Notes: generated by a model from the sequence alone, not told the origin. A DNA stretch of 64,000 nucleotides from Candidatus Komeilibacteria bacterium (GCA_030688315.1 JAUYIT010000037.1:3348-67347), one strand, 5' to 3'; shown: positions 17,912 through 27,840, counted from the first letter of the stretch. Made by a program: numbers and translations.

Positions 17912-18090
17912 TTCGCTCGGGCAAGTAAAAATTTAAGCTCGGTCGGTTAAGTAAATTTTTCTCGCCTACAGTAACTCGCGCCTCGCTGCCGTGCGGCTTC
18001 GCCGCCCGTAGCTCGGCTGCTCAAACAGATCTTCGGCTTCGAAAAATTTCTTAACCTCCCTCGCCTAAAAAATTCATTGCCCTCGTTCGC
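17912..18090. repeat. Long imperfect palindrome with regular TC/TC (GA/GA) mismatches
   Basis: gggcaa..ggttaag.aaatttttc pairs with gaaaaattt.cttaacc..ttgccc. Confidence 0.65.
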
Positions 18091-18101
18091 CTCTTTAAAA
18101 A

Positions 18102-19961
18102 CTATTGCATGATAACAGGAGTGGAAGTCGGAGTCGGTTCGGCAGTAGGTAGAACGCCTACCAAACACCTGGCCTGCCAGGGAATGTAGTGGCTGGTAAA
18201 TCTCTCTTCTTTAACGGTACCGTCAGGATAGGTAACTTTGTAATCAAAATAGGCATCGGCGCCCGCGTGGGCGGATTCGGTGCATTTTTTTTCGCCCGGT
18301 TTTAAGTCAGTGGTTTCCACAATAATGGTCGGTCCGGCCGGGCGGATGTTGTAAATTACGGAATCGGTTTGCTCGGCCACGCGGCCGTCAGCCGTGCCCC
18401 AAAAATCAAAATATATATCGTCGCCGGAAATACGGGCCTGGATTAAAATGTGCTTGCCGGTATCATTAAGAAATCTAAAATCGGGTTTAGGATCGTAAAT
18501 GGTGGCGTCTTTGCCGGCCGGCTCGTAATACATTACGCGGTAAGAATGGTTGCGCCGTTCCACAATGGGCAAACCGGAACCCAAAGCCGCTCTAAAAACC
18601 GTAGTGCCAATCTGGCACAGGCCGCCGCCATATTCCGGAATGGTGCGGTCGCCTTTAATTACCAGTTCCGGCAAGTAGCCGCTAGCGGCGTCAATATCTC
18701 CCAAAGCGGTAATTAAAGAAAAGGTTTCGCCGGGTTTAATGAGCAAGCCGTTTAAGGCCGCCGCGCCCGTGGCAATGTTATGGCGGCGGTTTTTGGGGCT
18801 GCCTTTAAAGTTGGAGTGTCCGGTACCGATAATTTGGGCAATGCCCAAATCGTTTTGGCTATTGGTGGAAATGGTGGATTTGGTTTCGTTAACGGTCAGT
18901 TCAATTTTAGCGGAGTTTTCCTGTAAAAAATCATGTTCAATTTTGGCCAAACTTTTAGCCAAGTCCAGTTCCTGTCCATCCTGACTGCCCTGGAATTCCG
19001 CCACCCGCCCGTTGGTAATGGCGAACTTAGCTTCGTGCACCGGCTGGTAAATTTGCGGCGCGATCTCGCGGTTTAAAAAGGCCAAGGTGCTGGAAGCGTC
19101 TAAAGCCAGCGTTAACTTGCGGTCAACTAATTTAAAGGTCAGCCAGTTTTTAAACTCTGTCCGCGGTACAATCCAAGTTTTATCATTATAGAATAATGCC
19201 AAAGAACTGCTGGCCAGCTTGTTTTTTAGTTCTGCTAGATTTGCCTGGGTAATGTCGCTTTGCTTAAGTTCCGGTTTTTCATCTTGTAAGGTTAATATTA
19301 TGGTTTCGCTCGTTAGCCGGCTGATGTTGTTAAGCGATTGGTTTAAAATATTTTGATAATCAAAATTGGCACCGCTGGTTTCAGCCACAATGGTAATATT
19401 CAGCTCGTCGTCAATCAGCGGACGGGCATCGTTTTTGGGCGAAGCAAAATCACCGAAATTATTTTTTAAAATTTGTAAAAAGTTTTCCTGATCCAGCTGA
19501 TAAACAATGGTCAGATTTTTGCCAAAGATCAGGGCGCGCAGTTGGCCGGCAAAGTTGGCCAAATAATTTGGACCGTGGCCAACGGCCATGGCTTCAGCCA
19601 CGGTTTTATCAGCATCAAAGTCAATTAACTGGTAAGCGGCATCCGGCCCAACTTCGGCCAGTGTGGGGTAAATGGTGATTTTTTGGCCTTGGAAATCGTA
19701 GTTTAAGCCCTGGCGGTTAAATTCATCAATTTTGGTTTGCCAATAAGTTACGGCCTGTTGGGCGGTAAGGTTTTTTAACGATTCGCCGTTAACGGTTACG
19801 CCGGGAAAAAATTTTTGCGAGTAGGCCTGGGCGTATAGCCAGCTGGCCAGCAGAGCCAAAGTCAGTAAAATCAAAAAAATGGTTACGGCCATGAGTAACC
19901 ATTTCATCGTTTTAGGCAAAGGAAACTTAAAGTTAGCGATCGTCTCTTGTGGGTTCAACAT
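18102..19961 (-). CDS. VanW-family protein with N-terminal TM and peptidoglycan-binding regions
   Basis: NRRHNI, LIKPGETFS, GGGLCQIGTT, ERRNHSY, GKDATIY. Confidence 0.9.
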   Translation of the reverse strand: MLNPQETIANFKFPLPKTMKWLLMAVTIFLILLTLALLASWLYAQAYSQKFFPGVTVNGESLKNLTAQQAVTYWQTKIDEFNRQGLNYDFQGQKITIYPTLAEVGPDAAYQLIDFDADKTVAEAMAVGHGPNYLANFAGQLRALIFGKNLTIVYQLDQENFLQILKNNFGDFASPKNDARPLIDDELNITIVAETSGANFDYQNILNQSLNNISRLTSETIILTLQDEKPELKQSDITQANLAELKNKLASSSLALFYNDKTWIVPRTEFKNWLTFKLVDRKLTLALDASSTLAFLNREIAPQIYQPVHEAKFAITNGRVAEFQGSQDGQELDLAKSLAKIEHDFLQENSAKIELTVNETKSTISTNSQNDLGIAQIIGTGHSNFKGSPKNRRHNIATGAAALNGLLIKPGETFSLITALGDIDAASGYLPELVIKGDRTIPEYGGGLCQIGTTVFRAALGSGLPIVERRNHSYRVMYYEPAGKDATIYDPKPDFRFLNDTGKHILIQARISGDDIYFDFWGTADGRVAEQTDSVIYNIRPAGPTIIVETTDLKPGEKKCTESAHAGADAYFDYKVTYPDGTVKEERFTSHYIPWQARCLVGVLPTAEPTPTSTPVIMQ

Positions 19962-20172
19962 GTAAAATATCGTTTAACATTTTTTTGGCCAGAACTTCTT
20001 TTTCCGCCGCGCCGTTTTCTGCCGTTGATAAAGTTAGTTTAACGCGGGCGCCCACCGTTAGCTCGGCGGGCAGATTTTTAATTGGCCAGAATAATTCTTC
20101 GTTGTGTTCGGTTTTAATAACCACCATTCTTTCGGCAAAGCGATCAATCGTACCGTCAATTGTTTCCGACAT
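19933..20172 (-). CDS. Small DUF3006-like protein
   Basis: IDRF...WPIKNLP pattern; in operon between hsp20 and the VanW gene. Confidence 0.65.
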   Translation of the reverse strand: MSETIDGTIDRFAERMVVIKTEHNEELFWPIKNLPAELTVGARVKLTLSTAENGAAEKEVLAKKMLNDILHVEPTRDDR

Positions 20173-20176
20173 ATTC

Positions 20177-20674
20177 TTAGTCCTCTTGTTCCTTAACCTT
20201 GATGCTGAAAGCTTGTGATTTCTTTGCTTTAGGCAAAGTGACGGTTAGCACGCCGTTTTTTAAGGAAGCATCAACTTTGTCGGGCATAATTTCCACGGGC
20301 AAAATAATGGAACGTGAGAAGCCGCCCCAGTAGCATTCTTGATAAAAATAATCGTCCTCGGAAATGGTTTCGTCAATTTCGCGTTTGCCACGGATGGTCA
20401 CCATGTCGTTGTTGATGGAAATATCAATGTCTTCGGGCTTAACGCCGGCAATGGTGGATTTAATCACAATGGCGTCTTTGGTTTGGAAAACGTCAACTGA
20501 AAGCTGGCCTTCTTCGTAATCTTCATCCAGCCATTTTTCTTCGTGTTCAGCGGGTTTTTTGGAGGCCTCTTTGGTTATTACCGCTTGTTCTTCCGAAGAA
20601 TCATTGGTTAAAAAGAAATCGTCAGCCGAGTCTTCGTTTTGATCTTTTTCCTTTTTGCCGAAAATTTTAAACAT
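20177..20674 (-). CDS. Hsp20/alpha-crystallin small heat-shock protein
   Basis: VDVFQT, AGVKPEDIDI, FSRSIILP, NGVLTVTLPK. Confidence 0.95.
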   Translation of the reverse strand: MFKIFGKKEKDQNEDSADDFFLTNDSSEEQAVITKEASKKPAEHEEKWLDEDYEEGQLSVDVFQTKDAIVIKSTIAGVKPEDIDISINNDMVTIRGKREIDETISEDDYFYQECYWGGFSRSIILPVEIMPDKVDASLKNGVLTVTLPKAKKSQAFSIKVKEQED

Positions 20675-20880
20675 AAGTAGTTCTGTTTTAGTTTTGTGAG
20701 ATTTTATACCCGTATATTATACAATTTTTTTATACACATAGCAAATTAATTATTTGTGTGAATCCATTTTGAATCAGTGCAATCCGTGTGGCAAAAAAAA
20801 GAGGCCGGGGCGACTCATTCAAGAATGGTGTAACCACTCTCGTTTGAGCCGCCACCGGCGGTGAAATTGCACTTAGGCCA

Positions 20881-21954
20881 TCAGACCACTGCGCAAACCT
20901 TTTTCTTTGGTAACGCAGCTGCCAACGGAGCTTCAAACTCCGTCTTATGCGCCTCCCAAAGCATAAGCTCCAGGGCGCGCTCCTGCTGTGGATTGGTTGG
21001 CGGTTGTACGCCACCAGCCACATAGAAGCGCACTAGCTCCATTTTGACATCGTGGTAGGCGCTCATGCCAAACGCCAAAATAGCGCAGCCGATCGCTTCC
21101 AACGTCAGGTAGGTCCTGATGACATTTTCGGTTTCCGGAACCGCGTCGCTGATGTTGATGGTCCAAACGATCAGGTCAGCGAGAACCTTGGTGCTAAAAC
21201 CCATGCCGTTATCGCGGTCTCGTAGTCGATCATGCAGGATTTTGGCGAACCGGCCGACATGGATGTAGGCCTTGTCCGGATCCTGACTGGCCATGTCGAA
21301 CAAGCAATTTAGCAAGATATTGTTGCTCTCAAGCTTGATCTTGGGGTTGATTTTGGGATTAGCCAAGAACATTGACCATTGTTTCCAAAGGTCGAAATGT
21401 TCCCTTAGATATTCCAGCGGCCAACTGTCTTGCCGCGCGCCGGCCAGAGCAATTAGCTGTTGGCCGTACCATTGGCGAAGTTGGTCCAGGTTCTTCTTTC
21501 CCTCGATTTCGTGGAGATTCTCCACGATCGTCTCAATAATGAATTGAGTCAGATCGTGATGGATCTCCTGCCAGGGCAGAATATTACCGCGTTCGGCCAT
21601 CACCGAGCTGAAACTGATGATGTCCAACCGGTCGGCGATTTGCTGGCCCAGCACTTTTTCGCACAGCGGACTGTGCAAATCGTGGTGGAGCCAGGTGAAA
21701 ATTGCTCGGTGGGCCAAGTCAGCGCGTTTGGCCAGCTGCCATAGCAAGGTCTGGAATTCTTCCAGCTTGCACTTGTCAAGGCAGTGAGCTAGTTGGAAGT
21801 CCCAGCTCACGTTTGCTTTGACGCTGCCATTTTCTTTTTCAAAATGGAGCACATAATCCCAGTGGCGGTAATACCGCCGAATCTTTTCGTCGTAATTTCC
21901 GTTCATAGCACCCTTCTTGGTGTTTCTGGTGTTGCTGGTGTTTCTTCTGCTCAA
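20881..21954 (-). CDS. Hypothetical protein (island next to tRNA-Glu); start may be MNGNY at 21907
   Basis: 357-aa ORF followed by a long terminator hairpin + T-tract (20793-20860). Confidence 0.7.
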   Translation of the reverse strand: MSRRNTSNTRNTKKGAMNGNYDEKIRRYYRHWDYVLHFEKENGSVKANVSWDFQLAHCLDKCKLEEFQTLLWQLAKRADLAHRAIFTWLHHDLHSPLCEKVLGQQIADRLDIISFSSVMAERGNILPWQEIHHDLTQFIIETIVENLHEIEGKKNLDQLRQWYGQQLIALAGARQDSWPLEYLREHFDLWKQWSMFLANPKINPKIKLESNNILLNCLFDMASQDPDKAYIHVGRFAKILHDRLRDRDNGMGFSTKVLADLIVWTINISDAVPETENVIRTYLTLEAIGCAILAFGMSAYHDVKMELVRFYVAGGVQPPTNPQQERALELMLWEAHKTEFEAPLAAALPKKKVCAVV

Positions 21955-22265
21955 GCAGGTTTGGCTTTAGGCCACGCTTCTTTGGCGTAGTATCCCTTAT
22001 CGCCGAAACCGACTTTTATGAGCAGTTGTTCCTTAACTTTAAGATCGTGGTCGCCGCGCCAAGCGCTGGGCTGACCACGTCTGGTCTCAAATTGGAACTT
22101 AATTGAGACTTTGGTTTGTCCGATCGGGTATTCGATTATCGCGTATCCATAGCCAACGTAAACGCTGGTCATTTGTACGCAAATAATATGATCGGAGGAT
22201 TCAAGAATCCTCTCGAATTCAGGAATCGGTTCGGCCTTTTGTTTGGGGCCGTCTCGATTTTGCAT
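21951..22265 (-). CDS. Hypothetical protein
   Basis: GGAG SD; TTGACA-16-TATAAT promoter at 22333-22360. Confidence 0.65.
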   Translation of the reverse strand: MQNRDGPKQKAEPIPEFERILESSDHIICVQMTSVYVGYGYAIIEYPIGQTKVSIKFQFETRRGQPSAWRGDHDLKVKEQLLIKVGFGDKGYYAKEAWPKAKPA

Positions 22266-22618
22266 GCTTTCTCCATGCTATTTGGTTGATAAGCCCATTT
22301 TCTGGGCACTTTTTGAAAGTTCACAAGGGTTTATTATACCTATTTTTCAGAATTTGTCAAGCCCGCCGATTTGGCGGGTTAAGTTTGGCTAAAAATAGCA
22401 AAAAAAAGACGGAAAATTGGAGTATTCCGTCAAAATTGCATTTGATCAAGTTTTGTTCTCTAAGGCCATCAGGTCAATCTTTAGTACCACTGGATCATAC
22501 TTTCGGCTGATGGTTCGAGAGATCTCTGACCAACGCGCCAGTTGATCGGCCAGCTGGTTGAGTTGAAGCGAACTTTTGAGCTGTCCGCGCCGGTCCAACA
22601 ACAGATTGATGAGGTCAT

Positions 22619-23689
22619 TTAAACGTCATCAGCGCCTGTTTCATTGGAAGTTTCTTCAGGATAAGGAGCGATGGCGATGGTTTTAATCGCGGTGCCGGAT
22701 AAAATCCGATAAATCAGATTTATTTCTGATTTAACCGGAATCAGCCGGTAAGCGCCCACCATGATCCGTTCCAGCAAACCCAGTTTGATCAGCTGATCAA
22801 GTACTCTGTGCCCGCGGCCCGGCGTTTTGCACAGATCGCCATAGAGCCGCAGTTCGCCCTTGTGGACGATAGTGTCTTTGACCAGTTGGCGATACAGTTT
22901 GGTCTGGTTGACCGACAGTTGAAGGTCAACGCAGCGTCCGTTGATTTGGCGGCGAACCGCTTTATCGTCAGCCTTTGTTTGTCCAAGCTCAATCTTGAGC
23001 CACCATAGTCCCTGCTGGATCATCTGGATGAAGCCGGCGGCCTCCAATTTTTGAACGGGCATCTTGTTGTAGCGCAAGAGTTCAAAAATTCCTCCTTTAA
23101 AACAGAACCGGCCGTCATTGCCACGAAAACCCTTGGCCCAGAGTTGCCGGTAAATCAGTTGAAGTTTTTCCGGCAGGGTAGATAGAAGCTCTTCCTGATT
23201 GTTGGCGGGCGTTGGCTGATTGCTTTCAGCGGCCAGAGCCAGCAACAGCAGGTCCACCTTTTGGGTTGTTGAACCGTTCGGCAAATCGAGCGATGTTTTG
23301 GTTTTCTCCAACTCATCGTTGCTGTAAGGCGAGTTCAACCGCTGATTGGGGAAGCGCTTTTGGCACTCCACAATCAACCGCAAAGCCGTTGCTTTGAGTT
23401 GTTCCTTGGAAACCGCCACTGTTTCGCACAAAATGGTTTGCACTAACTGAAACTCTCGGCCGTCTGGCGAATAGACTTTGATGTTCAGCAGGCCGGTTTT
23501 GCGCATACCGTTGTTGACCTGAGGATGTTCAAAGTGCCAGGTGTTGGCATTTTGCCCATTAAAAAGGCCATTGACGCTAGTTATTTGGAAACGCCGCGTC
23601 TTTTCGATACGGCCTGATTGTTTTTTCAGCCATTCAATCAGGCTAAGAGTAGCGGGTAAGGCCCGGCCGGATTGGTCCAGTTTCTTCAT
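22619..23689 (-). CDS. Hypothetical protein, possibly with a frameshifted C-terminal tail
   Basis: AGGAGG SD, own promoter (TTGACA 23757-23762), terminator at 22401-22435. Confidence 0.7.
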   Translation of the reverse strand: MKKLDQSGRALPATLSLIEWLKKQSGRIEKTRRFQITSVNGLFNGQNANTWHFEHPQVNNGMRKTGLLNIKVYSPDGREFQLVQTILCETVAVSKEQLKATALRLIVECQKRFPNQRLNSPYSNDELEKTKTSLDLPNGSTTQKVDLLLLALAAESNQPTPANNQEELLSTLPEKLQLIYRQLWAKGFRGNDGRFCFKGGIFELLRYNKMPVQKLEAAGFIQMIQQGLWWLKIELGQTKADDKAVRRQINGRCVDLQLSVNQTKLYRQLVKDTIVHKGELRLYGDLCKTPGRGHRVLDQLIKLGLLERIMVGAYRLIPVKSEINLIYRILSGTAIKTIAIAPYPEETSNETGADDV

Positions 23690-23812
23690 TAGTTGCCTCC
23701 TTTGGCAGGTTGTGAATTTACTATTCAGGGCTATCTTAACTATGATTTGATACTTTTGTCAAAGCCAAAAATTTGAATAAATAAAAAAAGACCTCTAGGT
23801 CTAAAAAATTTT

Positions 23813-23887
23813 TGGTACCACCACGGAGAATCGAACTCCGATTACCAGGATGAAAACCTGGCGTCCTAACCGTTAGACGATGATGGC
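23813..23887 (-). tRNA. tRNA-Glu(TTC)
   Basis: GCCATCA...CCAGG-TTTTCAT-CCTGG...GTTCGATTC...TGGTGGT-ACCA cloverleaf with encoded CCA. Confidence 0.97.
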
Positions 23888-23954
23888 AATTAAAAAACTA
23901 TTGCCAATACTACAATGAATTGAAAGAAAAGTCAAGGCGTGCTAGTATCTAAGC

Positions 23955-25127
23955 ATGAAAATACTAGGCATAGAATCATCGTGTGATGAAACAGCGGCCG
24001 CTTTGCTGGAAGTAAAGGACGGTCGTTTTGAAGTTTTAAATAATGTGGTTTGGTCGCAAACGGAGATTCATAAAAAGTACGGAGGGGTGGTGCCGGAGGT
24101 GGCGGCGCGTCAGCATGTGGAGTCAATCAATCTGGTAATTGAAGAAGTTTTAGGTAAAGTCATGAAACCGGATTTGATTGCGGTCACCAAAGGCCCGGGT
24201 TTAATTACTTCATTATCAGTTGGAGTCCAGGCCGCTAAGACCTTGTCTTATAGTTGGCAGATTCCATTGATCGGCGTTAACCATTTAGAAGGACATCTTT
24301 GGAGCTTCCTGTTAAATAACAAATCACAAGCACCAATTTCCCCGGCTTTGCCGGGTCAAGCCAAAAAAGTTTCAAATTCCAAATCACAAGATAAAAATAA
24401 ATTTGTAAATTGGAAATTGTCCCCCTTCGCTCTGCGAGCTTCGGAGGATAAAGAAATTGGAAATTGTTTGCCCGCTGTTGTTTTAATAGTTTCAGGGGGC
24501 CATACCGAATTAGTTTTAGTTAAAGAAGTTGGTAGATATAAATTAATTGGGCAAACTTTGGATGACGCGGTTGGTGAGGCCTTTGATAAGGTCGCCAAAA
24601 TGTTGAACCTTGGTTATCCGGGCGGGCCGATCGTGGCTCATTTTGCTAAGAGCGGTAACGCCGAGGCCATTAAGTTTCCGCGGCCAATGCTGAAGAGCGA
24701 TGATTTTGATTTTTCTTTTTCCGGACTTAAAACTGCCGTTAAATACCATTTGCAAAACATGACTCAAACCGGCGGTCTAAGCCGGGCATACACTAACGAT
24801 ATCTGCGCTTCTTTTCAGCAAGCCGTGATTGAAGTATTGGTTGATAAAACTATCAGGGCGGCTCAAAAATTCAAGGCCAAATCAATTATTTTAGGCGGGG
24901 GAGTTAGCGCTAATGAACAATTAATTAAGAATTTAGATTTAAAAACTAAAGAATCAGAGCTGGATTTTTATTTTCCCGAAAAATGGTTAACCGGCGATAA
25001 CGCGGCTATGATTGCTTTGGCCGGTTATTTTAATGCAAAAAAATCTTCCCCGCTTCGACCGCGAAGCGAGGCGAGCAAAAATACTTGGAAGACCTTAACT
25101 GCTGACGCTAATTTAAGATTAGTTTAA
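23955..25127 (+). CDS. tsaD: tRNA N6-adenosine threonylcarbamoyltransferase with in-frame repeat insertions
   Basis: GIESSCDET, GGVVPEVAARQH, NHLEGH, VSGGHT, DDAVGEAFDK, DNAAMIA. Confidence 0.97.
   Translation: MKILGIESSCDETAAALLEVKDGRFEVLNNVVWSQTEIHKKYGGVVPEVAARQHVESINLVIEEVLGKVMKPDLIAVTKGPGLITSLSVGVQAAKTLSYSWQIPLIGVNHLEGHLWSFLLNNKSQAPISPALPGQAKKVSNSKSQDKNKFVNWKLSPFALRASEDKEIGNCLPAVVLIVSGGHTELVLVKEVGRYKLIGQTLDDAVGEAFDKVAKMLNLGYPGGPIVAHFAKSGNAEAIKFPRPMLKSDDFDFSFSGLKTAVKYHLQNMTQTGGLSRAYTNDICASFQQAVIEVLVDKTIRAAQKFKAKSIILGGGVSANEQLIKNLDLKTKESELDFYFPEKWLTGDNAAMIALAGYFNAKKSSPLRPRSEASKNTWKTLTADANLRLV
24314..24467. repeat. In-frame heptamer array (AAATYMC / AAATTGK) with nested palindromes inside tsaD
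   Basis: aaatcac-aagcacc-aatttcc...aaattcc-aaatcac...aaattgg-aaattgt...aaattgg-aaattgt. Confidence 0.8.
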
Positions 25128-25652
25128 TTTACTTTTTAGATAAGCTAATAATTCCGGAAAGGTTTGGTCCACAAAATGACCCTTATCTGTATAAGCGAAG
25201 GTTTCCGGCTCTAGCCGGTTTTTTATTTCTTCAAATTCGGTGGCGGGAATATATGGATCGTCAGTAGAATAAAACAGACCGATAAATTTTTGATTGGCTT
25301 TAATTTTATCCCACTGCCAGGGAGAATCAAAATAGCCGCTTTGTTTTTCCAAGTCATCGTTTAAATCGGTAATGGAAGGTCCGATTAAAACAGAACCCAA
25401 AAGCTTATTGTTCTCGGCATATCTTAAGGAAGCCCTGGCGCCGGAGGAATGACCGACTAAAATGGTCTGCTCGTCCGCTTTTAGGTTGTCTTTTAAAAAC
25501 GGCAGCCAGTATTGAGCGCGAGCAATAATGGAATCAGGGAAAGTTTCAAAAACGTTGGTCACGCCCAGCTTATCCAGTTCGGCTTTAAGCCAGGGCGTCC
25601 AAGCGTAACTCCAATGCATCGATCCATTGCCGTGAATAAAAATAATTTTCAT
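25119..25652 (-). CDS. RBBP9/YdeN-family alpha/beta hydrolase
   Basis: IFIHGNG, VGHSSG, STDDPYIP, KGHF. Confidence 0.9.
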   Translation of the reverse strand: MKIIFIHGNGSMHWSYAWTPWLKAELDKLGVTNVFETFPDSIIARAQYWLPFLKDNLKADEQTILVGHSSGARASLRYAENNKLLGSVLIGPSITDLNDDLEKQSGYFDSPWQWDKIKANQKFIGLFYSTDDPYIPATEFEEIKNRLEPETFAYTDKGHFVDQTFPELLAYLKSKLN

Positions 25653-25722
25653 AAAAGGAGTGATTAACTAACCATTGACATCTTACCGTTTTAGCCTCAA
25701 AATGTAAATAATCTTAAAACAG

Positions 25723-26148
25723 ATGATGAGAATTTCTAAAAATTTAACGGAAACCGGACAAATCGCCACAGAGGTTGCGGTCAACCTTAAGGGCGGGGAA
25801 GTGATCGGTTTAGTCGGCGAACTGGGCGCGGGTAAAACGACCTTTGTTCAGGCCCTAGCTGATTCTTTGGGGATTAAGGAAAAAGTGGCCAGCCCTACTT
25901 TTGTGTTAATGAAGGTTTATTCGGTGATCGGTCATCAATCAATTTCCAAATTGGTTCATGTTGACGCTTATCGTTTACGGGATGCTGAAGAATTAAAGAA
26001 TATCGGTTTGTTGGATTATCTGGGCCAACCCGACACGGTCACGGTCATTGAATGGGCTAATCAGGTCAAAGACATTTTGCCGCCGGATTCAAGGATGATT
26101 ACCATCAGTCCGGGAGAAGGTGAAAATGACAGAACTATTGACTTTTAG
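25723..26148 (+). CDS. tsaE: t6A biosynthesis ATPase
   Basis: GELGAGKTTF, SPTFVL, HVDAYRL, VIEWA. Confidence 0.96.
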   Translation: MMRISKNLTETGQIATEVAVNLKGGEVIGLVGELGAGKTTFVQALADSLGIKEKVASPTFVLMKVYSVIGHQSISKLVHVDAYRLRDAEELKNIGLLDYLGQPDTVTVIEWANQVKDILPPDSRMITISPGEGENDRTIDF

Positions 26149-26230
26149 TAAAAAGTGTGCTAATATTAGATTATAAGCATAGGAATCCCTATGTTTTTTC
26201 ATTTTTAATAACTAAAATAAAAACAAAAAT

Positions 26231-26692
26231 ATGCGTAATTTTCAACTTGCCGACAATCTGCACAGTTTTTGCCTGCGCCAGTCCTGCTCCTGTTGTTCAG
26301 GATCATGCGACAGCAATAAGAGCTCGCTCGGCAAAAAGCAAAAATCTGTTGATTATTTTGATCACCTATTTAAAGGCACTTATGTAATGTGCAGCTGCCT
26401 GATTGTGTACTCATTACTAGTTATTAATTTTTTGGCCATCAGCGATCCTGTTCATCGCGATCCCATTGGCGTGGCCTTACAGCCCGTGGCTCAGGTTGGC
26501 GCGGAACTGTATTATAATGCCATGTACATTGGCGACGCCATGGGCAATCCTTTGGAGGACACCATTGAAATTTATACAAACTCATTGATTTCGCTGTTTC
26601 AGAATACCGGCGAAGTCCTGTCCAAAATTCCGGACATGCTCACCTGGGCTCCGCCCGTTCAAGCCCGGACGATGAATAATTACTACTGGTAA
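26231..26692 (+). CDS. Hypothetical membrane protein, Cys-rich N-terminus
   Basis: 153-aa ORF with one hydrophobic segment; upstream TTGACT promoter; terminator at 26708-26737. Confidence 0.55.
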   Translation: MRNFQLADNLHSFCLRQSCSCCSGSCDSNKSSLGKKQKSVDYFDHLFKGTYVMCSCLIVYSLLVINFLAISDPVHRDPIGVALQPVAQVGAELYYNAMYIGDAMGNPLEDTIEIYTNSLISLFQNTGEVLSKIPDMLTWAPPVQARTMNNYYW

Positions 26693-26782
26693 TTTTTAAA
26701 AGTTAAGAACCGTCTTGCAATTGCAGGGCGGTTTTTTGTTTGTAATAAAATTGACTTAAGGCCTTTTTTATCGTATATTATT

Positions 26783-26807
26783 GTAGAGGCGGATTTAAAA
26801 TCCGCCT
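26783..26807. repeat. Single GTAG-type REP palindrome in the adenosine deaminase leader
   Basis: gtag-aggcggattt-aaaatccgcct. Confidence 0.6.
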
Positions 26808-26833
26808 TAGCTTAAAGGTAATTATTCATTCAT

Positions 26834-27826
26834 ATGAACTCTCAAACCATGCCCCAACGGGTGGACTTGCACAATCATTTAGGCGCGGCCGTTGACCCGG
26901 CCATCATGTGGTCAATCGCCCACACTCAGGGCATTAAATTACCAAGTAAAAATTATTGGGATTTTGAAAAGTTGATCACTATCGCTCAATCAGACGACTT
27001 TCAAAGCATGGCCGAGGTGGATAAGCAGTTGTTTTATTGGACCGAGCTGATCCAATCCTCGCCCGTGGCCGTGGAAACTTCCGTCCAGTCGGTTATTGGC
27101 GGCGGGTACCGCAAATGCAACATTACCGTGCATGAACTGCGTTTTAACCCCATGAAACGCAACCGCGGCGGCGAGCAGGATTTGGACCACATTATCATGG
27201 CGGCTTTAAGAGGCATGGATCGGGCCATTTTGGAATATCCGCAAGTTAAGGCCGGTTTGATTTTAATGTTGGATAGGACTTTTCCTTACGCGCTTAATGA
27301 AATTATCATGCACAAGGCGCTTAAGTACAAAAACCGAGGCATTGTGGGTTTGGATATTGCCGGACCGCAAGTCAAAAAATTCCAGATGAAAAAATACGTC
27401 GGTTTATTTAAAGAAGCCCGCAAGCAGGGTTTGGGCATTACCATCCATACTGGCGAAGAAGGCAACTTGGCGGAAATGCGCCAGGTGGTTAAATTGATTA
27501 AACCCGATCGGATCGGCCACGGTTTTTTATGCTGGCAGGATAAAAAATTGATGAAGGATTTGGTCAAGCATAATATCACTTTGGAATTGTGCCCGACCTC
27601 TAATTTAAAATGCGGGGTCATTAAGTCGCTTAATGAAGAAAGAAAAATCTATCAGACGCTTCATCAGAATAAGGTCAAATTGACCATTAACACTGACGGA
27701 CCGGAAATGTACCGCACTAATTTATTCAAGGAATTGGAGTTTTTACAAACCAATAATATCTTTAGTCAGGCGGATATTGACCGGTTTATGAATAACGCCA
27801 GAAAAGCCAGTTTTATCAAGCAGTAG
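26834..27826 (+). CDS. add: Adenosine deaminase family protein
   Basis: DLHNHLG, ELRFNP, TIHTGE, RIGHG, ELCPTSN, INTDGP. Confidence 0.9.
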   Translation: MNSQTMPQRVDLHNHLGAAVDPAIMWSIAHTQGIKLPSKNYWDFEKLITIAQSDDFQSMAEVDKQLFYWTELIQSSPVAVETSVQSVIGGGYRKCNITVHELRFNPMKRNRGGEQDLDHIIMAALRGMDRAILEYPQVKAGLILMLDRTFPYALNEIIMHKALKYKNRGIVGLDIAGPQVKKFQMKKYVGLFKEARKQGLGITIHTGEEGNLAEMRQVVKLIKPDRIGHGFLCWQDKKLMKDLVKHNITLELCPTSNLKCGVIKSLNEERKIYQTLHQNKVKLTINTDGPEMYRTNLFKELEFLQTNNIFSQADIDRFMNNARKASFIKQ

Positions 27827-27840
27827 TTGAAAGCCCAATT

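Noticed and set aside
20790-23830. attL/attR duplication of the tRNA-Glu 3' end
   Set aside because: No convincing repeat of tggtaccaccacgga at the far end of the island
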